Assembly: GCA_025059945.1 (NCBI GenBank)
Contig: JANXDC010000001.1
Location: 1,677 to 65,676 of the forward strand
DNA from: Bacteroidota bacterium
GTDB taxonomy: Bacteria; Bacteroidota; Rhodothermia; JANXDC01
Direction of reading: 5' to 3'
Length of the DNA: 64,000 nucleotides
Shown here one piece after another: positions 27,285 to 36,953 of the stretch (positions are counted from its first letter, which is position 1; every line of letters starts with the position of its first letter). The notes beneath the pieces were generated by a model. The model ran no database searches. It saw nothing but the letters and a program-made list of their open reading frames with translations, and had not been told where the DNA came from. A program made the translations under genes and the position numbers.

Positions 27285-27932
27285 CTAGCAGCCATATGGA
27301 CTACCCCGAGCTCCCGGAGGATGCAGCATGGCCTTAAGCGTATCCCAGAGGTGTCGGTGCAAGCGCGCTCGAAAAGCCTCGGGATACGGCTCAAGGGAAC
27401 CCGGCTCCCATCCAAACAGAGCCGAGGCCATGGGTCTGTTGACCAGGGGCATGAGCAAGGCGCCCATGACGGTAAGCCAGACGAGGTCCGGGTCTACGGG
27501 ATGAAATCGTCCCCTGTGAACGCCTTCGCTCAGGATCGCATACAGAGGCTCTCGCAGGGGTTCAATAAGCTGAACCAACGCTTCGGTCAATTCGGGGCGT
27601 TGGCGTAAGGCGAGCTCCCGAAACACGAGCCGGACCAGCAGATGATGATCGTAGAAGGCCCGCATGTAAGCCTCCAGCACGACCCGGAGCCGATCCCAGA
27701 GATCCATGGGCTCCGCTCTGCTGGCGGCCCATAAGGTGGCGCGCAACGCCGTGGAGCGCTGAGCCAGCAGAGCGGCTAGTAGGTTCACCTTGGATCCGAA
27801 ATAGTAGTGCACCAAAGCGGGGTTAACGCCAGCCCGCTCGCCGATCGCCCGCACGGAGGTGGCATCAAAGCCGTATTCGCCAAAAAGCTCTTCGGCCGCT
27901 TTAAGCAACCGCTCCCGCGTCGCGCTGCTCAT
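27285..27932 (-). CDS. TetR/AcrR family transcriptional regulator
   Basis: N-terminal HTH: AAEELFGEYGFDATSVRAIGERAGVNPALVHYYFGSK. Confidence 0.92.
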   Translation of the reverse strand: MSSATRERLLKAAEELFGEYGFDATSVRAIGERAGVNPALVHYYFGSKVNLLAALLAQRSTALRATLWAASRAEPMDLWDRLRVVLEAYMRAFYDHHLLVRLVFRELALRQRPELTEALVQLIEPLREPLYAILSEGVHRGRFHPVDPDLVWLTVMGALLMPLVNRPMASALFGWEPGSLEPYPEAFRARLHRHLWDTLKAMLHPPGARGSPYGC

Positions 27933-28001
27933 GGCCTTATATTAAGCATCTGTTCGCTTGACAGGCTAAATCAGCTCTTGTTTGGCCATCCCCTCCCGGT
28001 G

Positions 28002-28009
28002 TAATTTTG
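28002..28009 (+). promoter_or_regulatory. Bacteroidota-type -7 promoter element of greA
   Basis: TAATTTTG matches TAnnTTTG; CTTG/TTTG at 27977-27984 could be the -33 element. Confidence 0.6.
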
Positions 28010-28023
28010 TCCACGTACAGCTA

Positions 28024-28063
28024 GCACCAGCCCTGCCGAGGGCAGGCTGGTGCGCTTTTATTT
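28024..28063 (+). terminator. Intrinsic terminator-like hairpin in the greA 5' leader
   Basis: GCACCAGC-C-CTGCC-GAG-GGCAG-GCTGGTGC followed by GCTTTTATTT. Confidence 0.6.
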
Positions 28064-28094
28064 GTCCACTTCAATGGAGAAACACGCAAAGGCC

Positions 28095-28565
28095 ATGAGC
28101 AAGCCGGTATATTTGACTCGTGAAGGCTACGAAAAACTGAAACAAGAGCTGCAGGAGCTGCGCACCAAAGGGCGTCAGGAGATCGCGCAGCGCATTGCGG
28201 AGGCGCGCTCCTATGGGGATCTGAGCGAGAACTCTGAGTACGACGCGGCCAAGGAGGCCCAGAGCCACCTGGAGATGCGCATCGCCAAGCTGGAGGAAAC
28301 GCTGGCCAACGCGCGCATCATCGAGGAGGCGGATCTACCCAGAGATCGGGTCTACATCCTGAGCCGCGTGCGCATCCGCAACCGGCAAAACGGGCAGGAG
28401 CTTGAGGTTACGTTGGTTTCGCCCGAGGAGGCGGATTTCAAAGCCAATAAACTATCTGTGACCTCTCCCATCGGCAAGGAGCTGCTGGGCAAACGCGTGG
28501 GCGAAGTGGCCGTTGTGCGAGCTCCGGCGGGCACGATCGAGTACGAGATCCTACACATCGAATAA
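28095..28565 (+). CDS. greA: Transcription elongation factor GreA
   Basis: YLTREGYEKL, ARSYGDLSENSEYDAAKE, SVTSPIGKELLG. Confidence 0.97.
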   Translation: MSKPVYLTREGYEKLKQELQELRTKGRQEIAQRIAEARSYGDLSENSEYDAAKEAQSHLEMRIAKLEETLANARIIEEADLPRDRVYILSRVRIRNRQNGQELEVTLVSPEEADFKANKLSVTSPIGKELLGKRVGEVAVVRAPAGTIEYEILHIE

Positions 28566-28568
28566 CAT

Positions 28569-29246
28569 ATGACCCCGGTATGGGGGCGTCTGTGGCGCCG
28601 CGCGTTAGGTTTGCTCGCGCTCGGAACGCCCTTGATTGTGCTATCTGGCATGGCCTCTCTTACGGTCTTGGAGCCGGCCGAGACCGCCCTTATGGCGCAG
28701 CGCCGCTGCGAGGCCCGGCTGAAGGGCCGAACGGACTACCGGATCCGGTATACGTTTCTGCCGCTTTCGGCCATGTCCCGGCACCTGCCCCGGGCCGCCA
28801 TAGCCGGTGAAGACGGCCGTTTCTACGCACATTGGGGCATCGACTGGGAGGCGCTGCGGGAGGCCTATGAGCGCAACGTGCGCCGGGGTCGGATCGTGCG
28901 GGGGGGCAGCACGATCACGCAGCAGCTGGTCAAAAACCTCTATCTGTGGCCGGATCGCAGCTACGTGCGCAAGGCGTTGGAGCTCCTTTTGGCTCCGACC
29001 CTGGAGGTGTTCCTTTCTAAGAACCGGATCCTGGAGCTATATCTGAACATCGTCGAGATGGGCGATGGGCTATTTGGGGTCGAGCAAGGGGCGCGCCGCT
29101 ACTACGGTATCTCGGCTGCCCGTGTGAGCCGTGAACAAGCCGCCCGCCTGATCGCCATTTTGCCCGCCCCGCATCGGCGCAACCCACATCGGATGCATCA
29201 GCTCTCGGCGCTCATCCTACACCGCATGGCCCAACGAGGCTGGTAG
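28569..29246 (+). CDS. mtgA: Monofunctional biosynthetic peptidoglycan transglycosylase
   Basis: EDGRFYAHWGID, GGSTITQQLVKNL, RKALE, KNRILELYLN. Confidence 0.92.
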   Translation: MTPVWGRLWRRALGLLALGTPLIVLSGMASLTVLEPAETALMAQRRCEARLKGRTDYRIRYTFLPLSAMSRHLPRAAIAGEDGRFYAHWGIDWEALREAYERNVRRGRIVRGGSTITQQLVKNLYLWPDRSYVRKALELLLAPTLEVFLSKNRILELYLNIVEMGDGLFGVEQGARRYYGISAARVSREQAARLIAILPAPHRRNPHRMHQLSALILHRMAQRGW

Positions 29247-29248
29247 GC

Positions 29249-30343
29249 CTACCGATAGCGCCACAGGAGCCCCAGCCCGAGCAGCGCGAAGCAGAAGTGG
29301 GGCGCCCAGACCACAAGCAGCGGATGTAGCTCCCCCTCGTATCCGAACGGCTCAAAAAGCTTAATCAGGCCCATGTAGGCGAAACTCAGCAGCAGTCCGG
29401 CCGTTAAGGCCAGGGCCATGCCGCCTCGTCTGCGCACGGAGGCCAGGGGAAAGCCCAGCAGGATCACGACAAAGTTTGCGATCGGATAGGCGAATTTAGC
29501 GTAGTAGTCCACGCGCGGCCGATCGATGTGGCTAGCTCCGGTGCGCTCCAGAAGCTCCAGATATGAGCGGGCCTCGGAAATCGTCATCTGTTCCACGTCG
29601 CGTTCGTCGCGCGCCAGATCCCGTGGGGAGAGCGCCAGCGTGGTATCCCAGCTGCGGCGTTCGTGGAGTACGACGCCCTCCGGGAGGAAGCGCTGCTCGT
29701 AGACCTCTTCAAAACGCCAGCGCCGCAGCGAGTCGACCCAGTGCATGCGGGCGGCGTCGATGCGGCGCACCAGAGCGCCAAACGGCCGATCGAACTCCTG
29801 CAGCACGACGCTATAGCCGATCCGCTCCTGCCGGTCGAAATACCCGATGCCCAGAAAACTCGTGGGGCCGTTCTGACGAAAGACGTTGCTGGCCTCTATC
29901 AGGCGGCCTTCGCGCATGAAGTAACGGTTCTCGAAGGCGATGCGGGTACGATTGGCCCGGGGCACGACCCATCCGTTGAAGAACTCCATGAAGAGCACAA
30001 CGCTCAGGCCCAAGACCGCATACGGCCGCAGCATGCGGCCCGGGCTCACCCCCGCGGCGCGAAAGGCGATCAGCTCGGAGCGCTGAGCCAGGCGGCTGCT
30101 CACAAAGAGCGTGGCTACGAAGACCGCAGCAGGGCTGACAAGCTTGATCATCTCCGGGAGATAGGCGGCGTAGTACTGACCCAAAACGACCCGCCACGGG
30201 ATGGCCCGATCGTAGAAATCATCCATGTGCTCGACAAAGTCCAAAAGCACAAAGACCGCCACGAAAGCCCCCATCAAGAACCAGTACACAGCCAGGAGCT
30301 GACGGCCCAGGTATCGATCCAGCAGTTTTAGCCGGCTCTTCAT
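29249..30343 (-). CDS. LptF/LptG family LPS export permease
   Basis: LDRYL, three N-terminal TM helices, SELIAFRAAGVS, periplasmic domain, three C-terminal TM helices. Confidence 0.9.
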   Translation of the reverse strand: MKSRLKLLDRYLGRQLLAVYWFLMGAFVAVFVLLDFVEHMDDFYDRAIPWRVVLGQYYAAYLPEMIKLVSPAAVFVATLFVSSRLAQRSELIAFRAAGVSPGRMLRPYAVLGLSVVLFMEFFNGWVVPRANRTRIAFENRYFMREGRLIEASNVFRQNGPTSFLGIGYFDRQERIGYSVVLQEFDRPFGALVRRIDAARMHWVDSLRRWRFEEVYEQRFLPEGVVLHERRSWDTTLALSPRDLARDERDVEQMTISEARSYLELLERTGASHIDRPRVDYYAKFAYPIANFVVILLGFPLASVRRRGGMALALTAGLLLSFAYMGLIKLFEPFGYEGELHPLLVVWAPHFCFALLGLGLLWRYR

Positions 30344-30451
30344 ATCTGGCGAACGGGAAGATATGGCCTCGCGTCGGACATAGAAACCTTGCTTTTCTAG
30401 AAGCTGCGGTCTATCATAAGATCGCGTCTAGCGGGAACCGGAGGTGCGCCG

Positions 30452-31699
30452 ATGGCTTGGACCAAGGCATTGGCTCTAGCACGCTGGCAAGAGCGCTTTA
30501 CCGCGCAGTGGATCGTCAGCCCCCGAGCCGATCTGCTCTGGTTTATAGGGGGAGCGCTGGCCGGATATGGGCTGTTGTACCTGCATGCCGGCCTGCATTT
30601 AGACATGATCACGGTATGGTTCCTCTGGGTGCTCCTACTGGACAGCCCCCACTTTTTCGGCACGTATTCTCGGACGTACTTCGACAAAGAGGAATGGCAG
30701 CGCCGCAAGGCCCTCCTGTTGGGTAGCCTGCTGTGGTTCCTGGTAGGCCCCGCCGTATTAGGCCTTTCCTATGTGGGCTACCGGTTGGGCTGGGAGGGTT
30801 ATCGGATACCCTTTCTCGCCTTTTTGGTGTTTTTCAACCTTTGGGCCTACTGGCATGTGGTCCGGCAGCATTACGGAATCCTGAGCCTGTACCGACGCAA
30901 GAACGGGGAGACAGGTCTAACGGATCTGCGCATCGATCAGGCGCTGCTCTATGGGGGGCTGCTTGCCCCGTTTGTCGCCTTCGCCATTCGGCACCCGCAG
31001 GCCAGGGCTGCGCTTGGACTTCCGGAGCGTTTTCCGGAATATCCGGCCCTGTCAGGTTCAGGGCTCGAGGGCCGTCTGAGCGCGCTGTGGGAGCTGGATT
31101 ATTGGCGCGCCCTACACTGGGAGCACTTCGTCGTGGCCGTCGCTTGGGCCGCGTGGCTGACCGTGATCGCGGCTTTCTTGTTGCGGCAGCTGCAGCGTTG
31201 GCGCGCCGGACTGCCCCTAAACGGGCCCAAGCTGCTTTTTCTGCTCGCCCTGATCCCGCTCTATAGCTACATCGGCTTTAGCTCCGTGGCCTTGACGGCC
31301 CCGCTGCTGGCCTTTAGCGCCTTTGTAACGATCTATCACGACATCCAGTATCACGCGATCGTGTGGTTTCATCACCGCAATCGCTACCACCGACCCGGCG
31401 TGGACCCCAAGCGCTTCGGGCTGGCCGCCAAGATCAGTCGGAGCTTCCTCACCTACATGGCCTGCGGAATCGCCATGGCGGCCGTGTTCCGCCTGCTGGG
31501 GTGCGCTCTTGAGGTGCATCCGGGCTGCGGCCCGCTTGTGCTCACTAGCCAGCATGCGCTCTTCGGGGCCTTCAGCACCCGGGAACTGGTGCTCGCCTTT
31601 TTAATCGGTTTTCCCATGCATCACTACTTTCTGGACCAGTACATCTGGCGCCCCTCGCGCGATGAGACGCTCAGGCGGGACCTCAAGCTAGAGACATAG
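30452..31699 (+). CDS. Polytopic membrane protein of unknown function with four His motifs
   Basis: Multiple hydrophobic segments; DSPHFF, YWHVVRQHYG, YHDIQYH, MHHYFLD. Confidence 0.8.
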   Translation: MAWTKALALARWQERFTAQWIVSPRADLLWFIGGALAGYGLLYLHAGLHLDMITVWFLWVLLLDSPHFFGTYSRTYFDKEEWQRRKALLLGSLLWFLVGPAVLGLSYVGYRLGWEGYRIPFLAFLVFFNLWAYWHVVRQHYGILSLYRRKNGETGLTDLRIDQALLYGGLLAPFVAFAIRHPQARAALGLPERFPEYPALSGSGLEGRLSALWELDYWRALHWEHFVVAVAWAAWLTVIAAFLLRQLQRWRAGLPLNGPKLLFLLALIPLYSYIGFSSVALTAPLLAFSAFVTIYHDIQYHAIVWFHHRNRYHRPGVDPKRFGLAAKISRSFLTYMACGIAMAAVFRLLGCALEVHPGCGPLVLTSQHALFGAFSTRELVLAFLIGFPMHHYFLDQYIWRPSRDETLRRDLKLET

Positions 31700-31738
31700 C
31701 CGCGCCGCAAGGAAGAACCTATCGCGCGCGCCCCGAGC

Positions 31739-33049
31739 CTAAAAGGCCCAGCTCAGCAGGAGGCCCAGGGCCGCGATAGCGCCCAAAATAGGCGCTGTCT
31801 GGCGCTTTAAACTCACGGAGCCCAAAGCCAACACCAGGGCTAGCTTAGCGAGCGTGTTGGTCACGGCGGCGATGATAATCGCTGTGCGGGCGGTTTCAGC
31901 CGAGATAGAGCCGGTGCGGAACAGGTTGGTTACGCTTAGCGTGATGGCGTCCAAGTCCGCGATCCCGCTCAGCACGCTCGCAAGCAGCAGGCCCTGATCA
32001 CCGTAGTAGGTCTGCGCGGCCTTGGTGAGCACGAGCACGGCAGCGTAAAGCAGGGCGAACTGAAACGCCGGCCACAGCCGAGCCGGGTTGCGCACGGTCA
32101 ACGGGGTTGCGGCTTGGGCCTCCTGCCGGGCTCGGCGTCGCGCACGAAGGACCGGGCCCAGGCCGACCAGCATACCCACGGCAAACAGGCTGAGCAGAGC
32201 CGGGGCCATCGCTCTAAGCAGGGGCGCGTAAACAACCCCTATGACGACAAGCAGGCGAACGAAAAGAATCGAGCAGGCCAGGCCTATACCCAAAGCCAGC
32301 GCGTGGGCTAGCTCGGGCTGTTCTCGGCTGCGGTGGGTGAAGGCCAACGTGACGGCCGTGCTCGAGACCAGCCCCCCCAGAAGTCCGCTCAGACCCAGGC
32401 CGCGCTCCGGACCGATTGTCCGCACCAGCACATATCCAGCAAACCCTATCCCCGCGATAAGCACCGCCATAAGCCCGATCTGCTGCGGGTTGAGCACGCC
32501 AAAGGGCCCGTAAGATCGATCGGGCAGCACCGGCAACACGACCAAGGCCACGACGGCAAAGCGCAGCCCGGCGATCAGGTCCACCTCTTCAAGTGACCCG
32601 GCTATGTGCTGGGCCGGTCTTTTGATGGCCAGCACCGCGGTCACAAGCACGGCGGCCGATACGGCCACGCCGCGCAACCCCAAACCCACAAGCGAGCCGA
32701 TGAGAAAGGCGGCCAGCATGGCCGCCTCGGTTGTGGCCCCCACGTCTGCATCGGCCTCTTGGCCCCTTCGGGAGGCCATTACGTAGCCGGCAGCCGTCAA
32801 CAGGGCCACGGCGCCCAAAACGATCCCGTAGCTGCCCGGAAGCGATCGGTTCAACAGGACCGCCAGCGCGCCCATAAGGCTTAAGAGCATAAACGTCCGA
32901 AGTCCAGCTGGCCATAAAGAGGCTATCGTGCGCCCCTGATGCCGCAGCATGGAAAACTCCCGCTCTATACCCATGAGCGCACCCAGCAGCAGCGCCAGCA
33001 CAAGATCCCAGAGGGCGCTTACCTGCTCAGGGCTCCAGCTCGGCAGCAT
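31739..33049 (-). CDS. MgtC/SapB family membrane protein with DUF4010-like C-terminus
   Basis: GALMGIERE, AGLRTF, GATTEAA, GGLVSSTAVT, SGIADLDAI. Confidence 0.88.
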   Translation of the reverse strand: MLPSWSPEQVSALWDLVLALLLGALMGIEREFSMLRHQGRTIASLWPAGLRTFMLLSLMGALAVLLNRSLPGSYGIVLGAVALLTAAGYVMASRRGQEADADVGATTEAAMLAAFLIGSLVGLGLRGVAVSAAVLVTAVLAIKRPAQHIAGSLEEVDLIAGLRFAVVALVVLPVLPDRSYGPFGVLNPQQIGLMAVLIAGIGFAGYVLVRTIGPERGLGLSGLLGGLVSSTAVTLAFTHRSREQPELAHALALGIGLACSILFVRLLVVIGVVYAPLLRAMAPALLSLFAVGMLVGLGPVLRARRRARQEAQAATPLTVRNPARLWPAFQFALLYAAVLVLTKAAQTYYGDQGLLLASVLSGIADLDAITLSVTNLFRTGSISAETARTAIIIAAVTNTLAKLALVLALGSVSLKRQTAPILGAIAALGLLLSWAF

Positions 33050-34295
33050 CGCAGCCCTCCGGTTTGAAGGCCGTATCGCGCAAGATGGCCGCTACGAGCG
33101 CCTCTCGACTGGGGCGGGGGCGAATGCATCGGAACCGGCCCTCAGCGGTGAAGAGCACCTCAGCCGGGAACTCGCGCAAATTGTACGTGGAGGCCATCGA
33201 TAGCCCGTAGGCTCCCGCGTCGAGGATCGCCAAAACGTCTCCGATGCGGACCTCGGGCATCGGCCGATCGTGCGCGAAAACGTCGCCCGATTCGCACAGG
33301 TTGCCCGTCACCGTGTAGACGTTCAGGGGCCCCTCGGGGTTGGAGAGGTTTACGATATGATGATAGCTGCCGTAGAGCACAGGCCGGATGAGATGATGAA
33401 AGCCGCTATCCGTGCCCACGTATCGGCGCTTTCCTACGCGCTTAAGTGCCGTTACGCGCACCAACAGCAAACCCGCCTCGGCCACCACGTAACGGCCCGG
33501 CTCGAAATAAAAACGCAGGGGGCGTCCCGAGCGGGCGAGGAACTCCTTTAAGGGGCCTATGAGGTGGCGCTCGGCTTCGGCCCAATCCAGCGGCCGCTCA
33601 TCGGGTCGGTAGGGGATGGGCAGCCCCCCGCCAAAGTCGAGCCACTGCAGATCCGGGAAATGCGGGGCGAGCTCCAGCAAGATCCGCATGGCCTCCCCGA
33701 AGGCGCGCAGATCGGGGATTCCGGAGCCAATATGTTGATGCAGCCCTACGATGCGCAGCCCGCCGGCTTGGGCGATCTCCTGAGCCTGAGGCAGGTCCTC
33801 AAGCGGGATGCCGAACTTGGCGTTTTCTCCGGCTGTGACCACATATGCGTGATGGCCGGCTCCGCGTGCGGGGTTGATGCGCAGGGCGACCGAGCGGCCC
33901 GGATACCGGGCCGCAAAGCGCTCCAGGCGGCTTAGCTCGCCGATGTTCAACAGAAGGCCCCGCGCCACGGCCTCCTGCATTTCGGCATCGGAGAGCATAT
34001 TCGGGGTAAACAACACCTCCTCCGGACCCACCCCCAAGGCCCGCTGCAGAAGCTCCACCTCTCCCAGGGAGACGGCGTCAAAGCCGAAGCCCTCCCGGCG
34101 GATGATGCGCAGCAGATGCGGATTGTAGTTAGCCTTGAGCGCATATAGCAGCCGATGGGGCAGGGCCGAGAAGACCTCGCGCAGCTGCCGACATCGGGCG
34201 CGGATCGTGGCCTCATCGTATACGTACAAAGGCGTACCCCAGAGCTCGGCCGCCTCCAGAAGTCGATCGGGCGCTATGGGGGGGTGAGCGGACAT
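33027..34295 (-). CDS. lysA: Diaminopimelate decarboxylase
   Basis: GTPLYVYD, YALKAN (PLP Lys), HQHIGS, DFGGG, EPGRY, GNLCESGD, AGAYG. Confidence 0.95.
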   Translation of the reverse strand: MSAHPPIAPDRLLEAAELWGTPLYVYDEATIRARCRQLREVFSALPHRLLYALKANYNPHLLRIIRREGFGFDAVSLGEVELLQRALGVGPEEVLFTPNMLSDAEMQEAVARGLLLNIGELSRLERFAARYPGRSVALRINPARGAGHHAYVVTAGENAKFGIPLEDLPQAQEIAQAGGLRIVGLHQHIGSGIPDLRAFGEAMRILLELAPHFPDLQWLDFGGGLPIPYRPDERPLDWAEAERHLIGPLKEFLARSGRPLRFYFEPGRYVVAEAGLLLVRVTALKRVGKRRYVGTDSGFHHLIRPVLYGSYHHIVNLSNPEGPLNVYTVTGNLCESGDVFAHDRPMPEVRIGDVLAILDAGAYGLSMASTYNLREFPAEVLFTAEGRFRCIRPRPSREALVAAILRDTAFKPEGCDAAELEP

Positions 34296-34497
34296 CGCTC
34301 CTGACCGCGGCGGAAAATAGCCAGGCTTCCGGAGCTCGATCAAATGCCGTTGCGCATTTGGCGCCGTCCGGGCTATTCTTACAAGCGGACCTCCGCTTTC
34401 AGCGCGCCTCACGTTCTGTCCAGGCCAGTTTATAGGCGGCGGGCGTCGTCACGGGGCCGAAGGCGCCGGCTTGAAGATCTTTCGGAGAACTAGCCTC

Positions 34498-35205
34498 ATG
34501 GAGCCAACAAGCGCCCCAGAGCGAGCAGAAGTCCTGATGCGGCTTGCCCGCATGATCGATCATACCCTGCTTAAGCCGGAGGCCACCCGGGAGCACATCC
34601 GGCGGCTTTGCGCCGAGGCCCGACTGTACGGCTTCGCCTCGGTCTGCGTAAACCCCTGCTACGTGGCCCTGGCGGCCGAGGAGCTAGCCGGCAGCTCGGT
34701 GAAGGTCTGCACCGTGGTGGGGTTCCCCCTGGGCGCCAACCGGACCTCGGTCAAAGTGCGGGAGGCCCTGCAGGCCATCGAGGACGGCGCGGCGGAGTTG
34801 GACATGGTCCAGAACGTCGGCCTGCTTAAGTCCGGAGCCTATGAGGAGGTAGAGGCCGACATACGGGCCGTCGTTGAGGCCGCGCATGCTGAGGGAGCGC
34901 TCCTGAAAGTGATCATCGAGACGGCCCTGCTCACGGATGAGGAGAAGGTGACCGCATGCCTGCTGGCCCGCAACGCGGGGGCTGATTTCGTTAAGACCTC
35001 TACCGGTTGGGCTTCCGGGGGTGCGACCCCAGAGGACGTGGCCTTGATGCGCCGCGTCGTGGGGCCTCAAATGGGCGTGAAGGCTTCTGGAGGGGTGCGC
35101 ACCTGGCAACAAGCCGAGGCCCTGATCCGCTCAGGGGCCGATCGGATCGGAACCAGCGCCTCGGTGCAGATTCTTCAGGGACTTGAAGGGAAAGAGGCGT
35201 ACTGA
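34498..35205 (+). CDS. deoC: Deoxyribose-phosphate aldolase
   Basis: [40 protein letters not shown]. Confidence 0.97.
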   Translation: MEPTSAPERAEVLMRLARMIDHTLLKPEATREHIRRLCAEARLYGFASVCVNPCYVALAAEELAGSSVKVCTVVGFPLGANRTSVKVREALQAIEDGAAELDMVQNVGLLKSGAYEEVEADIRAVVEAAHAEGALLKVIIETALLTDEEKVTACLLARNAGADFVKTSTGWASGGATPEDVALMRRVVGPQMGVKASGGVRTWQQAEALIRSGADRIGTSASVQILQGLEGKEAY

Positions 35206-35765
35206 TGCACGGGCCGGCTTTATCGCGATGCACCGGACTTCACCTAGCGGCCGCGTTTTGCGTTGGACTAGCGGGATGTGCCGCCCCTCGGCCTGTGGGG
35301 AAGCCGCAAGAGGCTGAATCGGTCCGCCTGCGCGCCTTGGAGACCTTTGATCCCACCCCGTATCGGGAGTCCTGGGATTCGCTCCGAGCAGGGCCCGTGT
35401 CGCATGATCTTCCCGCTGAACTGGAGGACGTGAATCGACCCGGTCGCGCTCCGGTTCGCCGCGCTCCCAGCGGCACTCCGCGACCGGAGCCGCCTCCGGC
35501 GCCCGCTCGCACGGTGCGCCCGGTGTATCGGGATGGCTATCGGATTCAGATCTTCTCGAGCGCCAACCGCTTTGAAGCCGAACAGAAGCGCATCGAGGCG
35601 CTGCAGCAGCTGCCCTACCCCGTCTATGTGGTCTTTCAAGCCCCGTACTACCGCGTGCACGTGGGCGATTTTCTTTCGCGCAGCGCAGCCCAGCGCGCCT
35701 TAAGCGAAGTCCGCACTCGCTATCCTTCGGCCTGGATCGTGCCCGATCGGGTGCGCTTGCCATAG
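35205..35765 (+). CDS. SPOR domain lipoprotein
   Basis: Lipobox LAGC; Pro-rich linker; GYRIQIFS...PYYRVHVGDF...YPSAWIV. Confidence 0.85.
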   Translation: MHGPALSRCTGLHLAAAFCVGLAGCAAPRPVGKPQEAESVRLRALETFDPTPYRESWDSLRAGPVSHDLPAELEDVNRPGRAPVRRAPSGTPRPEPPPAPARTVRPVYRDGYRIQIFSSANRFEAEQKRIEALQQLPYPVYVVFQAPYYRVHVGDFLSRSAAQRALSEVRTRYPSAWIVPDRVRLP

Positions 35766-35771
35766 TGTGCG

Positions 35772-35779
35772 TATCTTTG
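35772..35779 (+). promoter_or_regulatory. Bacteroidota-type -7 promoter element of prfB
   Basis: TATCTTTG about 28 nt upstream of the ATG at 35808. Confidence 0.6.
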
Positions 35780-35807
35780 CCCTTCGAAGACGCAGTGGGA
35801 CATCATT

Positions 35808-36951
35808 ATGGCGATCTCTCAGGAAGCCGTACGCGAGCTGTTGCAGAGGGTAGAAGCCCTCCGGGGGTATCTTTGACATCGAGCGCCGTCGGGAGCGCCT
35901 TCTGGGCCTGGAGGCGCAGACTCAAGAGCCGGACTTTTGGCAGGATCCTCGGCGCGCCCAGGCCGTCATGAAGCAGATCAAAGACGAAAAAAGCTGGCTG
36001 GAGGCTTGGGAGGCCCTATATCGGCAAGGGCGCGATCTGGAGACGCTGCTGGAGCTGGCCCAAGAAGTGGGCGCTGAGACCGTAGAGGCCGAGCTGGAGG
36101 CCGAGGCGCGCCGGCTGGAACGGGCCGTCGAGGAGCTGGAACTCCGCCAGATGCTGCGAGACGAAGACGACCGGCGCAACGCCATCCTGACGATTCATCC
36201 CGGCGCGGGGGGCACGGAGTCGCAAGACTGGGCGGAGATGCTGCTGCGCATGTACACGCGCTGGGCTGAGCGGCGGGGCTACGAGGCGCACATAGTCGAT
36301 TACCAAGAGGGCGAAGTGGCGGGGATCAAAAGCGCCACGCTGGAGGTCGTAGGCCCGTACGCCTACGGATTTCTCAAGGCCGAATCCGGCGTGCATCGGC
36401 TGGTGCGCGTCTCACCCTTCGACGCAAGCGGCCGTCGGCACACCTCCTTCGCCTCCGTTTTCGTCTATCCAGAAGTCGACGAGACGATTCAGGTCGAGAT
36501 CGATCCGGCCCGCCTGGAGCTGGAAACGTATCGCTCCAGCGGCAAAGGCGGGCAGAACGTCAACAAGGTCGAGACGGCCGTTCGGCTCATCTATCTGCAC
36601 CCCCGCCCGGATGGCGGCTTTGAGCGGATCGTAGTCGAATGCCAACAGGAGCGCTCCCAGCATCAGAACCGCGAAAAGGCCATGCGGATGCTGCGAAGCC
36701 GGATCTATCAACTGGAGCGCCAGTGGCGCGAACAAGAGCGCGCTAAGCTCGAAAGCACTAAAAAGAAGATCGAGTGGGGCAGCCAGATCCGCTCCTACGT
36801 ATTCATGCCCTATACGCTCGTTAAGGACCACCGCACCGGCTACGAGACGAGCAACGTAGAGGCCGTCATGGACGGGGAGGTCGACCCCTTTATTCGGGCT
36901 TATCTGCTCCAGGAGGCTCGCGAGGCGGCCGGCGCTCAGGGATCCGGCTAG
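35808..36951 (+). CDS. prfB: Peptide chain release factor 2 (programmed +1 frameshift)
   Basis: ATG 35808 reads MAISQEAVRELLQRVEALRGYL, then CTT TGA C at 35871-35877. The +1 frame continues DIERRRERL...DFWQDP...; SPF and GGQ motifs present. Confidence 0.97.
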
Positions 36952-36953
36952 GC

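Noticed and set aside
35765..35971. 68-aa ORF upstream of the RF2 body, or a prfB pseudogene
   Set aside because: The region is explained by the frameshifted prfB 5' segment; this ORF is in the third frame.
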